From contig NIVC01003068.1 of assembly GCA_002269645.1 (NCBI GenBank), positions 1 to 53,181 of the forward strand: a DNA stretch of 53,181 nucleotides, in the 5' to 3' direction. Source of the DNA: Macrostomum lignano. Taxonomy: Eukaryota. The notes under the pieces were generated by a model that made no database searches, was not told the origin of the DNA, and worked only from the letters and a program-made list of their open reading frames with translations. A program made the translations under genes and the position numbers. Shown here piece after piece: positions 38,551 to 50,885 of this stretch. Position 1 is the first letter of the stretch. The number at the start of each line of letters is the position of its first letter.

Positions 38551-39479
38551 ATGTGGGTAAATGCGAGTATTTCTAAGCCGCTGAGAACAATATGCTTCTT
38601 AAGTACTTCATTGGGAGCAGGTGATTAATTTATTATCTGATTACCAGAGTAATTACCCATCAGAGCACCTGACACCACGATAACCCGAGAACAGAGAACA
38701 AGTTTGAGTCGTAAATGCTCCCAAACACATGGAAAACTGGGAATTTCATGTTTAATTTTTTGTCCGAGAGCTGCCCCTCCGGGAATCGGCTGCACTCGGA
38801 TAATTAGAATTTCATCCATCTCTTTGATAAAACAACTTGCGACGGTTTTTCCTCGGATCTGTCTTAATTTTCAGTCGATTCGTTCACTCTGTGGGGTTGG
38901 ATGGCCCGAACCCATTAGGCTGGTTTTAAACCATTAAAACAAAAGGTTTTCAACTTTCTGATGTCTGGTTTGAAAACTGGAAAAACTGCAATCAGCCTAA
39001 ATGTGTCTGAATGTTGTCTGAATGTGGAGTTTACGGAGCTGTCTGGTCACCGCCCCCCCTTGCCCGAACTCTCTTTAGCAATTATATTTTATCTTCAGCT
39101 GGGTCGCCGGCCTTCTTGCACTGGGCAGATATGGCTGCTACGGGAAAGGCAAATTATGAATGCTAATTTCGGGCCAGCAGTTTCTGAGACTGCTTTTATT
39201 GATTGCCCAAGAGCTCTTTGCCGGGCAATTCCCCAGTTAATCCCCTCGTCCCGCCGTATCCCTCACCCAGAAACTCGCGGGACTCCGCCAGCTCCGGCAG
39301 CAATATATCTCTCTCGTATTCGAAGATTTTGGTCCAAAGCAAAAGTGCCAAATCGAGTGAGCAGTTTCAAGTGAAATATGAGAACTGAAGCAGCTTGTAC
39401 CGTGCACTGCAGGGTGAGCGAGTGCAGAGTGAGAGGGATCAGAGTCCATATGAACTTTTGAACTCATCCTTGATTTCTC

Positions 39480-40060
39480 ATCATCATCATCTCATCACTA
39501 CATTCCTGACCCACCTCATCTCTACATTCCTGACCCACCTCATCTCTACATTCCTGACTCACCTCATCTCTACATTCCTGACCCACCTCATCTCTACATT
39601 CCTGACCCACCTCATCTCTACATTCCTGACTCACCTCATCTCTACATTCCTGACCCACCTCATCTCTACATTCCTGACCCGGCAAATCACTACATTCCTG
39701 ACCCACCTCATCACTACATTTCTGACCCAGCAAATCACTACATTCTTGACCCAGCAAATCACTACATTCCTGACCCAGCAAATCACTACATTCCTGACCC
39801 ACCTCATCACTACATTCCTGACCCAGCAAATCACTACATTCCTGACCCAGCAAATCACTACATTCCTGACCCAGCCAATCACTACATTCCTGACCCACCT
39901 CATCACTACATTCCTGACCCAGCAAATCACTACATTCCTGACCCAGCAAATCACTACATTCCTGACCCAGCAAATCACTACATTCCTGACCCAGCAAATC
40001 ACTACATTCCTGACCCACCTCATCACTACATTCCTGACCCACCTCTACATTCCTGACACG
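39480..40060. repeat. 24-bp minisatellite (ATCACTACATTCCTGACCCAGCAA)
   Basis: Directly visible. Confidence 0.95.
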
Positions 40061-40539
40061 TAATTATCAAATCCCTGATCAAACTAGTGGTTAAATTGAT
40101 GCAATTTTCATAAACTTTAATCATTGATCTTGTTTACGTTTATTCTGTCTTTTCCAACTAGACTATAAAGAACATTTGAAAATCTTTCAAAGGCATTTCC
40201 AAGCCAGTTTATTACAAAATAGAAACCTTTAGAGTCAGAAATGTGGTCAGAAAACAGTCTTAATCTTATTCAATTTTCATGACAGAATTGCACTTTGCAC
40301 ATTCGCAGGCGATCACCAAGAACTAATGTGCGTAGAAGAAGCATGTCCATTGGGACTCAGGGACGGTCTGCTCCATCAACCTATTTTCTGCCACACTGTG
40401 AGAATATCCCTTGGGACTTTTCTCAGACTTGGCGGCAAAAGAATGATAAAAGCAGTAATTCCTCTTTAATTAATTCTCTTTTGCTCTTCATGCGGCTGCG
40501 GGCACCGATTGGCTGCGTGAGCTTTATTGGAGAGAAGGA

Positions 40540-41142
<603 letters not shown>

Positions 41143-41403
41143 AAGAGAAGAGATTCAGTCCATCCGGCATTCCCAATTCCCCAGACTGATCAGTGCACCA
41201 ACAAAAAAGCCATCTCTACCGCGCCTCGGTGTCGCTATTCTTATCTCCCGCGCAATTTGCATTCCTGTATTATCGGTCGGAAGCATCGACAGTGAGGGGA
41301 AATGAAAGCAAAAATCTCGGATGCATTTTTCTTCCTGGGATCCAAAATGCAAAAAATCTGTGCGGGCTTCGGTTGATGCAGTGGAAACCGGGGCGGGAGG
41401 GCG

Positions 41404-43527
41404 TCAGACCTCGGCCGGGGGGCAGAACTCGCCAGGCTGGCTGAAGCCGTCCGCCCCTGCCACCCGGCCGCATCGGAGAACTCGCATCAGCTGCATCTCT
41501 TCGCCGAGGCCGGCGGCGCTGTCGTCTTCCTCGGCGTCGTCAGCGTCCATCATGGCGATATCAGCTGGCTGCTGGCGCGGCTGGTCGTTGTGCTTTGCCG
41601 CTCCGCCGCCGCCTCCAGAGGCTGCCGCGGTGGCGGCGGCGGCGGCTGCTGCAGCGGCTGCCACAAATGCCGACGTCGCCGCCAAGCCGCCGCCGTTTTG
41701 CCGTCGCCGCCGCCGCTCCTCCAACCGATCGCGACGACTCAGATGAAGCGTCACGCCTTGGACGCACTTGACTACGAAGGTAACGAAGAAGTCGAACAGT
41801 TCAACGAAGGTCACGAGAGACATTCCGGCCCACAGGCCGAAGATGCCGCCGAGTTCAGAGAGCACTTCGACCAGGGTGTAGGACGGCGACTCGCGCATCA
41901 TGGTGCCCTTCGAATTCTCGGCGTACACGTGCACCTTGACGAAGTTCTCGCGCACAAAGCGTAGGCTGATGTTCCACGGACTGCGCGCGCTGCCGCCGCC
42001 GGCGTCGCTGTCAGCCAGAATCAGGTCGAGCAGCCCGAGCTCGCCCAACCGCCTGCCGCCTGGCCGCTGGCCGCCGGACACGATGAAGGTGTGCACGAAG
42101 GCCTCCAGGTCGGATGGCGACGGCCAGGGCACCCCGGCGCTTGCGTAGCTGAACTCGTCGCGCTGGCAGGCCTGCAGCCGGGAGCACTCGGCCACGAAAC
42201 TGTCGGACATTTTCGTCCGCACGGCGCCTTCAACCCGGTTGAACCGCTGCAGCTGGGCCGCCTTCCAGCCGCTGTAGTTCCGCCGCCCGGTTCCGCCGTC
42301 GGCCACCCGGTGGCACAGGTTGCTCCGGTTGCCGGTGGGCAGGAAGGTGGACTCGCAGGAGCAGTCCGCCCGCAGCCGCGCCTGCCACAGTTGAACCACG
42401 CAATCCTTCAGGCGCCGCTTGAACACCCGGCGAGTGTCCGGCTCGGACACCCAGTAGGACACCCTGCCGTAGTCCTCAACGCAGCGGTGCCTGCTGCGGT
42501 TCACGTACAGATTGCGGGTCATTCGAAACCGGATGTCCGAGCTCCAGCCGTTGCCAACGTCGACGCCCTCCCAGTACAGGTGCGGGTAGGTGTCCGGCTC
42601 GTGCAGCAGGACTCGAACCCCGTTGGACGTCTGCATGCCGGCCTTGCCGAACACGGTGCCCAGCTGCTCCAGCACCGTCCGGTTCACCCTGGGCGGGTAG
42701 ATCACGTGATAGTCGCCGGTCGCCGACACCTGGACCCTCGGCATGCTGCTGGTGTACAAGATCACGTCTAGCCCGTCGCCCGGCCCGTTGCCCTGGACGC
42801 TGCGGTCCTTCGGCCGGAAGCTCCAACAGTTCCAGTGGTGCGAGCTCTGCACCAGATGGAAATCTGTCCACTTGCAGCGCGCCTTTTTGTAGAGACAGCC
42901 GACCAGGCCCAGGCTGAGGTTGTAGCCCAGCTGAGCTGTGGGCCGGCTGGCCCAGTAGTGCTGCAGGAACTGGTACCAGTTGAAGTAGTCGTGCGAGCTG
43001 AACAAGTCGGCCAGCTTTCTGGGCCGGCCGGAGTACTGCTTGGCGTAGATCGGCCTCAGCCTGGCCAGCAGGTCGGCCATGCCAGCCTCGGCTTCAGCTC
43101 TGGCTGGCGTGTTGTAGTGCATCAGGGCGGCGGGCATCGGGCGCAGGTTGCAGAGGGTCACATCCGGGAACAGAGTGTCCACGCCCTGATTGAGTATCAG
43201 AGTGTTCACAGGCGTCGTGTTGAACTGCTTGACGGTGAGGTAGGCGTGCAGGCAGCCGGCAGCTGTGGTCAGGCAGGCCAGAGCCAGCCAGAACAGCCGC
43301 CTGCTGTAGCTGTCCGCTCTGAACAGCTGCGCCACCGCGTGCATGCTGGTGTGGTCGGCGAACCGGCCGACGTACATGAAAGCGCCGCGCATGGTGGCTC
43401 GGGGGCCTTCGCTGGCCGAGCTGGTGGCGGAGCCTCCTTGACGAGTGCCGGCCAGGTTGGCCACGCCTCGAGACCGGGCCAGTAGGGCGGCTGCAGCTGC
43501 GGCCAGCTGTCGGTCTCTGCCGTGCAT
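41404..43527 (-). CDS. DEG/ENaC (ASIC/FaNaC superfamily) sodium channel subunit, intronless
   Basis: 707-aa ORF with pre-TM1 F..HTSMH, TM1 (RRLFWLALACLT), FPDVTLCN, NCWSF, G+RVLLHEP..YP, Cys-containing thumb, and TM2 LSELGGIFGLWAGMSLVTFVELF. The true start may be the second Met (MRGAFMY, about 43392). Confidence 0.93.
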   Translation of the reverse strand: MHGRDRQLAAAAAALLARSRGVANLAGTRQGGSATSSASEGPRATMRGAFMYVGRFADHTSMHAVAQLFRADSYSRRLFWLALACLTTAAGCLHAYLTVKQFNTTPVNTLILNQGVDTLFPDVTLCNLRPMPAALMHYNTPARAEAEAGMADLLARLRPIYAKQYSGRPRKLADLFSSHDYFNWYQFLQHYWASRPTAQLGYNLSLGLVGCLYKKARCKWTDFHLVQSSHHWNCWSFRPKDRSVQGNGPGDGLDVILYTSSMPRVQVSATGDYHVIYPPRVNRTVLEQLGTVFGKAGMQTSNGVRVLLHEPDTYPHLYWEGVDVGNGWSSDIRFRMTRNLYVNRSRHRCVEDYGRVSYWVSEPDTRRVFKRRLKDCVVQLWQARLRADCSCESTFLPTGNRSNLCHRVADGGTGRRNYSGWKAAQLQRFNRVEGAVRTKMSDSFVAECSRLQACQRDEFSYASAGVPWPSPSDLEAFVHTFIVSGGQRPGGRRLGELGLLDLILADSDAGGGSARSPWNISLRFVRENFVKVHVYAENSKGTMMRESPSYTLVEVLSELGGIFGLWAGMSLVTFVELFDFFVTFVVKCVQGVTLHLSRRDRLEERRRRRQNGGGLAATSAFVAAAAAAAAAATAAASGGGGGAAKHNDQPRQQPADIAMMDADDAEEDDSAAGLGEEMQLMRVLRCGRVAGADGFSQPGEFCPPAEV

Positions 43528-44529
43528 GGCGAGTTCGCTGAGTCCGTTCCATACGCCAGCGCCCTGCGGCTCCTGTCGTGCTGATAAGAATCTCTTCGGC
43601 TTCTCAATTCAGTCGGCCTGCTCGAGCTCTCATTGGATGACAACTGGCTCTTAGCGACTGATGTCTGGGTTGGGATTTCTACTAGACTCTAGACTCTAGA
43701 TTCTGGTCAGGGTTAGGGATGATTGGTCAGGGTTAGGGTAAGAAGTTAGTGTTAAACCATGGCTCAATGTGGAGTTACTGAGATGCCTCTGATCAATGCG
43801 GAATGCTAAGATGCAAAGGTTCGCAGGATGCCGATATGTTGAGTCAGAATGCTTTATGTCAGGGTCGGTGCTTTTCTGCTTAATGTCTTAATTTCTAAGA
43901 AACTAACAGCAGTATCTGTACAAGACTTCCTGCTGGTAGTGTGTTTTCTTTCTTTGTTGGCCTCCCACAGCGGGTAAAAGTGGCGAACTGACGGTCAGGT
44001 TGTTTGCCATTGAATTATAAATTATTCTATTTTCAGTTATGGCCCACAAAATTCAGTCAACTTGCAAGCTTTCCAATTAAAAATAACCGCTAAATTGAAC
44101 TTTTAGCGGTCGAATGAAATAGACATATTTCACATATTCGGGTTAAACTGGATTTATCCGCCGCACTCCTGAACAACATTTAGTAGTAGAAATTTTGATA
44201 ATCTGGCGTTAATCCAGATTAAATATTGTCATTCCTCTCTAAAGCCACTAGCTGCTTTCCATTGACAAAACTGGTTTCTGTTATTGCTTCACCGAAACTC
44301 TGATAGAATCTGCTGGCTTCTCACGACCCTCTGGATAAACTGGTTTAGCAATGTTTAACGAAAAGAGCTGCTTGCCATTTTACATATATATATACATACG
44401 TATATAGCTCGTACACAGTCCTCTTTGCCTAATTCCCGAGATTTTGCGTGCTTGCGAACTTGAACTGAGGTAAGACTTCTCTCTGTTTCTCTTTTTTGTT
44501 TTGGTTCCGTAGAATAGGATCGTGGCCTC

Positions 44530-45020
44530 AGATACTCGAGGCCACACCCTCATGTTAGTGAGGCCACACGCTCTTATTAGTGAGGCCACACCCTCCTGTT
44601 AGTGAGGCCACACCCTCATGTTAGTGAGCCCACACCCTCCTGTTAGTGAGGCCACACCCTCCTGTTAGTGAGGCCACACGCTCTTGTTAGTGAGGCCACA
44701 CCCTCTCTTTATTTGGGGCTACACCCTCATACGAGCTAGACTCAGGACACTATTCCCAGACACTCAGGACAGTATTACCAGACACTCAGGACACTATTCC
44801 CAGACACTCAGGACAGTATTCCCAGACACTCAGGACGGTATTCCCAGACACTCAGGACGGTATTCCCAGACACTCAGGACGGTATTCCCAGACACTCAGG
44901 ACACTATTCCCAGACACTCAGGACAGTTTTCCCAGACACTCAGGACAGTTTTCCCAGACACTCAGGACAGTTTTCCCAGACACTCAGGGCAGCATTCTCA
45001 GAGACACAGAACCAAATTCT
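44530..45020. repeat. Two adjacent minisatellites (GTTAGTGAGGCCACACCCTC-type; 22-bp TTCCCAGACACTCAGGACAGTA)
   Basis: Lie between the divergent DEG/ENaC and PRODH2-like starts. Confidence 0.92.
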
Positions 45021-45141
45021 CAGAGATCCCCGATCACACACTCAGACCAAGGACCACAAAATGAGCCGATGCTCACACAACTGCACTCACGTATCGCCGA
45101 CCGCATTCCAATTCAAGATCTCACCTGACTGAAGCAGTTGG

Positions 45142-48100
45142 ATGTTGCTACGCGTTCTTATAAAATTTGCTCTCCAACGACTGGTCTCCGCTCGTCCGCT
45201 CTGCGTTGGAATCGAACACAGGACCAATGCTGGAAAGCTACCTATAACCGGAATTTTAACCGGAAGTGGACCATTTGGCGTCGGCGCAACCGGAAGTAAA
45301 ACTTTCAGCGAAACACCCAATGACGTCAAATTTACCGCAATCGAAAATAAAAAACGCCTTTCAATGGGCACGAAAAGTATATCTAGCAGTAATGTCAGAG
45401 ACGCCAAAAGTGACATCAACTTCCTGGATTATCGGGCGGTGCAGGCCAGCAAGACTAGAGCAGAGTTAATCCGTGCCTTAGCCGTCCTGCACTTGTGCTC
45501 AATCGATCTGTTCGTAAGCCGGGCGCTTTTGTGGATGCGCCTGGGCCGGCGCCTGCTGGGCCAACGCTGCTTCAACGCCCTGATGAGGCGCAGCTTCTTC
45601 GGCCAGTTTGTAGGCGGCGCCACTGAAGCTGAGCTGCGCCAGACAGCCGAGGCGCAACGGCGCCAAGGACTCCGGCCGATGATCGCCGTGCCAATGGAGG
45701 AGCCGATGAGAAAACTTTCAGATGAGGAGTTGACGCGCCTGTACGAAGAGAACACAGCCAAGCAGGTGAAAATTGGTGGGTGTCAGTAGTGAGGTGGGTG
45801 TCAGTAGCGGTGAGTGTTGGGAGTGAGGTGGATGTCAGGAGTGAGGTGGATGTCAGGAGTGAGGTGGGTGTCAGTAGCGGGGTGGTCGGGAGTGAGGTGG
45901 ATGTCAGGAGTGAGGTGGGTGTTGGGAGTGAGGTGGATGTCAGGAGTGAGGTGGATGTTGGGAGTGAGGTGGGTGTCAGTAGCGGGGTGGTCGGGAGTGA
46001 GGTGGATGTCAGGAGTGAGGTGGGTGTCGGGAGTGAGGTGGATGTCGGGAGTGAGGTGGATGTCGGGAGTGAGGTGGATGTCGGGAGTGAGGTGGATGTC
46101 GGAGTGAGGTGGATGTCGGGAGTGAGGTGGGTCGAGATTCTTTTTAAAGCGTACAATCTAAAATTCATAAACTTCTATTATCTGTGGAATATTTTCTTAA
46201 AAATGGGGTCAGAGTGCTCCCCTGGTCAGTGGCTTGTACTTTTACAAGAGTTGCCCAACATTCTTCCAGACCGCATTTTCTCTTTATTTCTTGTTCTCTT
46301 ATCAGCTGGCTAAGGAGCGTGACAGGCTAAGATCGCTAAGATCGATGACTGCGATAATTTAGCTAGCCAGTAATTGCGATTCGTGAATTATCCTAGCCAG
46401 TGGAGGGCTTATTAGGTTAAGCCAGTAAATTTATCTATATCCTAATTCAAACCCGCTCGTGGCACATTTTCAGTCATAGTATAATTATGTGATAATAATC
46501 CTATAAGGAAAGGAGGGACAAGTGAAGTGCATTCATAATATTTGATCACGCAGTCCTTATCGCTTTCCCAGTCACAATATCTGACTCACAGTCACATCAT
46601 CACATCACGGTCCTATTATAACACTCCAGTCACACTATCATACTAATAGTTACATTGTCCTACTCAAAGTCACACCAATACCACTCACAGACACACCACT
46701 ACATTCACAGACACAATATTACACTCACAGACACACCATTACACTTACAGACACAACATTACACTCACAGACACACCATTACACCCACAGACACACCATT
46801 ACACTTACAGACACACCATTACATTCACAGACACACCATTACATTCACAGACACACCATTACACTCACAGACACACCATTACATTCACAGACATACCATT
46901 ACATTCACAGACACAACATTACACTCACAGACACAACATTACACTCACAGACACAACATTACACTCACAGACACAAAATTACACTCACAGACACACCACT
47001 ACATTCACAGACACACTATCATAGTTACACGATCACACGATTGCATTTTTCAATTACACTAACGTCACACGATCACACTCAGTCACGCAATCACAGTTGT
47101 ACATTCACTCAGCGATACAATCACACTTAGTCACACGATCACACTCACAGTCACAAGATCACACCTAGTCACACGATCACACTCACAGTCACAAGATCAC
47201 GATCACACCGGACCCCACAGGTGCGGGCCGTGGAACTGTCGGCCCAGCTGAACAGCAACCGGCCGAAGATGCAGCTGAAGCTGACCTCTCTGATGCCGAC
47301 GTCGCTGCTTCAGAAGCTGGCTACACTGCACGGCGATCTGGCAGTGGCCGACGCCGCCTCCGAGGTGCTGTCGCAGCTACTGCAGCTGGCGGTTCCTGAC
47401 ACGCCGTGCTCCACAAAGTCCCGACAGCAGCAGCAGGATCTGCTTCGCCGGCTCCTACCAGCCGCCTCGGACGCTGGTCGCCTCTCCGACCAGCTTCTAG
47501 CCGCAGTCGTTCGAACTCGTCGAGTTTTCGACGCGGCCAAACGACATTCCGTGCAGATTTTGATCGATGCCGAGTACAGCCATATTAATCCTGGGATTTC
47601 GCTGTTTTATCTGGCTCTGGCCACGGTGTACAATGCCGAGGATTATTGCATGGTGTTTAACACCTACCAGTGCTATCTAAGAGACACCATCGACACCTAC
47701 AACTGGCACATGGATCTTCTTCTGTCGACTAGTCGGCGCGGCGTTAGAGCCGGCGCGAAAATTGTTCGTGGAGCCTATTTGCACTGGGAGAACGGTCAAG
47801 GAGCCGAGATCAACGGGGTTAGTGATATGCCAATTACATTGGAGACTTGCCTGTGACAGCTTGTCTATGGCCCAATTTGATCCTCTGACACAGGCTGTCT
47901 GTGGCCCAATCCGATCCCCGACACCGGTTTTCTATGGGCCAATCCGATTCCCCGACACCGGTTGTCTATGGCCTAATCTGATCCCCTGACTCAGGTTGTC
48001 TATGGCCCAATCTGATCCGTCTATGGCCCAATCTGATCCTCTGACTCAGGTTATCTATGGCCCAATCCGATCCCCGACACCGGTTTTGTATGGCCCAATC

Positions 48101-48612
48101 CGATTCCTCGACACCGGTTGTCTATGACCCAATCCGATCTTGACACCGGTTGTTTGTGGCCCACTCCCTGCAGCAGTTACTATAATCTCAAACTGCAGGG
48201 TCGCAGTCGAGTCTGGAGCAGCCTCGAAGAGACTAACTGTTCGTACAACCGAGCAGTCTCAATCGCCCTAGATCGCATAGTAACCGAGGGCAGCAACTCC
48301 AGCCGTCACGAAGTGATCCTGGCAACGCAGAATTCGAACAGCATCAGTCTGTGCTTGGACGGCATGCGTAGGCGTTGCATATCGCCAGAAAGCGGCGCTG
48401 TGTCGTTCGGCCAACTGTACGGCATGGCAGACTACATCTCGGTTCCGCTAGCCCAGTCTGGTTACCAGGTGTACAAGTCCATTCCGTACGGCAGCGTGGA
48501 CGAAACTCTGCTGTATTTGGTGCGCAGGGCCAACGAGAACAAGCTCATATTCGATGGGGTGCGGGAGGAGAAATCTGTGCTGAGAGCCGCGCTGCGGGCT
48601 GGTCGGGCTTAG
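45142..48612 (+). CDS. PRODH2: Mitochondrial proline/hydroxyproline dehydrogenase (PRODH2-like), 3 exons, about 544 aa
   Basis: Exons: 45142-45765, 47221-47817, 48199-48612 (all phase 0). Arg-rich presequence-like N-terminus; FGQFVGG, LKLTSL, LIDAEYS, FNTYQCYL, GAKIVRGAY, FGQLYGM, VYKSIPYG, YLVRRANEN. DAEY and YKS(IPYG) are the PRODH2-type variants. The exon 2/3 boundary is less certain. Confidence 0.87.
45785..46132. repeat. 18-bp minisatellite (GGGAGTGAGGTGGATGTC)
   Basis: PRODH intron 1, directly after the donor. Confidence 0.93.
46670..47210. repeat. 22-bp CA-rich minisatellite (ACATTACACTCACAGACACACC) and related CACGATCACAC units
   Basis: PRODH intron 1, up to the acceptor. Confidence 0.9.
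47860..48160. repeat. Degenerate repeat (CTATGGCCCAATCCGATCCCC..ACCGGTT)
   Basis: PRODH intron 2. Confidence 0.85.
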
Positions 48613-48654
48613 GTGGGTGGGTGACGACTTCACAGGCGTTGATGGCGAGTTTAG

Positions 48655-49370
48655 GGTAGATGAGTTCAGGTGAGATGAGTTCAGGTGAGATGAGTTCAGG
48701 GTAGATGATTTCAGGGTAGATAAGTTCAGGGGAGATGAGTTCAGGTGAGATGAGTTCAGGGGAGATGAGTTCAGGGGAGATAAGTTCAGGTGAGATGAGT
48801 TCAGGTGAGATGAGTTCAGGTGAGATGAGTTCAGGGGAGATGAGTTCAGGGGAGATGAGTTCAGGGGAGCTGAGTTCAGGGAGATGAGTTCAGGGGAGAT
48901 GAGTTCAGGGGAGATGAGTTCAGGGGAGATGAGTTCAGGGGAGATGAGTTCAGGGAGATGAGTTCAGGGAGATAAGTTCAGGGGAATGAGTTCAGGGGAG
49001 ATGAGTTCAGGGAGATGAGTTCAGGGTAGATGATTTCAGGGTAGATGAGTTCAGGGGAGATGAGTTCAGGGGAGATGAGTTCAAGGGAGATGAGTTCAGG
49101 TGAGATGAGTTCAAGGTAGATGAGTTCAGGTGAGATGAGTTCAGGGTAGATGAGTTCAGGGGAGATGAGTTCAGGGGAGATGAGTTCAGGGGAGATGAGT
49201 TCAGGTGAGATGAGTTCAGGGAGATGAGTTCAGGGGAGATGAGTTCAAGGGAGATGAGTTCAGGGGAGATGAGTTCAGGGGAGCTGAGTTCAGGCGAGAT
49301 GAGTTCAGGCGAGATGAGTTCAGGCGAGATGAGTTCAGGCGAGATGAGTTCAGGGGAGATGAGTTCCGAG
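48655..49370. repeat. 15-bp minisatellite (GAGATGAGTTCAGGG)
   Basis: Directly 3' of the PRODH stop. Confidence 0.97.
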
Positions 49371-49784
49371 GAAATGAGCTTTATGTTAAAAAAACGGTTT
49401 GATAAAAAACCACAAGAGTTATGCAGTAATTAAACAATATGATTTGGCATCTCACAGGTTGATTCACTTCACTCTGTGTGCAAAATTAACTAATGGCGCC
49501 TTCACTTGTATTTCATTCGAAATTTTCATTGCACAGAAATGTAAAATTGGACACCAACAATTTCTTAACTAAAAAGCTTGTTAAACATTTTAAAACTTTT
49601 CTTTGATTACATAAATAGCTTTTGATCGTTGCCTTCTAGCGTCAAGCTTTTACTGTCACAATTTTATGCTCGGCGTCCCAATAAAATCCTAAATATATTA
49701 CTCAAAGACTACCTTTCTCGATTATTAATTACTTTCTTACTCATACTTTCTCCTACGACAAGCCTATCAGCTCAGCTTCTGACC

Positions 49785-50145
49785 AGCTTGACCCACTCAG
49801 ACCCTGACCAGCTTGACCCACTCACACCCTGACCAGCTTGACCCACTCACACCCTGACCAGCTTGACTCACTCAGTTCCTGACCAGCTCGACTCACTCAC
49901 ACCCTGACCAGCTTGACCCACTCACACCCTGACCAGCTTGACCCACTCACACCCTGACCAGCTTGACCCACTCACACTCTGACCAGCTTGACCCTCTCAG
50001 ACCCTGACCAGCTTCACCCACTCAGACCCTGACCAGCTTGACCCACTCAGCCCCTGACCAGCTTGACCCACTCAGCTCCTGACCAGCTTGACCCACTCAG
50101 CCCCTGACCAGCTTGACCCACTCAGACCCTGACCAGCTTGACCCA
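49785..50145. repeat. 25-bp minisatellite (CTGACCAGCTTGACCCACTCAGACC) overlapping the lectin gene's last codons
   Basis: About 14 units; the terminal unit encodes WVKLVRV-stop on the minus strand. Confidence 0.95.
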
Positions 50146-50885
50146 GTCCGGGCTGCTCTCGATTTCCGGGTCGACTGGAGCGTCGGCGAACTGCAGCAGG
50201 CGGCAGGCGGCCAGCCGGCTGTTGTACAGAGCGCTGCGGCACCTGCTGCCACACAGGGAGGCTCTGACCAGGCAGGCCTTCAGCGAGGCCACTGGCTGCA
50301 GCTCATCGCAGCAGCAGTACGTGTCGGTCCGGGTTCTCGTGAACTCAGCCGGAGTCCAGTAGCCAGCCGACTTGGTGGCGGCAGGCGGCTTCATAAACTG
50401 GCAGACGAAGCCGAGTGAATCGTTGCAGGTCCTGTCTCCGAGCCGAGTCTGGCCGCTAGGGTATAAAAACCGGAGGCAGTGCGCTCCAGGGCTTCCATTT
50501 GGCTCCGTCGGGTGCCACAGCGACTCGTGTAGTGGAAAACTGCCGCCACCGCTGACCCTCTGCCAGCCGGACCTGCTGGTGTTGGCCTCGGACGCCAGGT
50601 CGTTGAGTCCAGTCCACATGTCAGTTGAGTAGCCGAGAGTCTGCAGGTTCACAGAAGCCAAGGCAGCGATGGACTCAGGCGAGTTGATGAGCTCGCCGCC
50701 CAGCTCAGAGCACACTCGGTTGGCGGAGCACCAGCTGTAGCTCTGGTTGGGCTGGATGAAGAGGCACAGCTGGGCGCCGAGTACAGCTGGAACGGGGCCG
50801 GACAGGGGACGGTCTCGGACTGTCCGAGGCTGACACACAGCAGCAGAGCCGCTGCCAGAGCAGAGCAGCCGACATGAAGCTTCAT
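50122..50885 (-). pseudogene. Secreted C-type lectin + PAN/apple-like protein, interrupted by one frameshift near 50781-50790 (pseudogene or sequence error)
   Basis: ATG 50885 gives a signal peptide (MKLHVGCSALAAALLLCVSLG) then CPAPFQL. The CTL domain (LCLF..WCSANRVC..GGEL..MWTGLND..W..EPN..HCL..GDRTC..FVCQ) and a PAN-like tail (C..C..CRSALYNSRLAACRL) continue in a different frame to TGA at 50122. Confidence 0.78.

Noticed and set aside
40309-40397. Possible 89-nt plus-strand exon (DHQELMCVEEACPLGLRDGLLHQPIFCHT)
   Set aside because: Plausible AG/GT ends, but no partner exons or recognisable homology.
41561-43643. Overlapping ORFs in other frames and strands of the DEG/ENaC, zinc-finger, PRODH and lectin genes
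   Set aside because: These are GC-rich shadow ORFs of real genes with no independent motifs.
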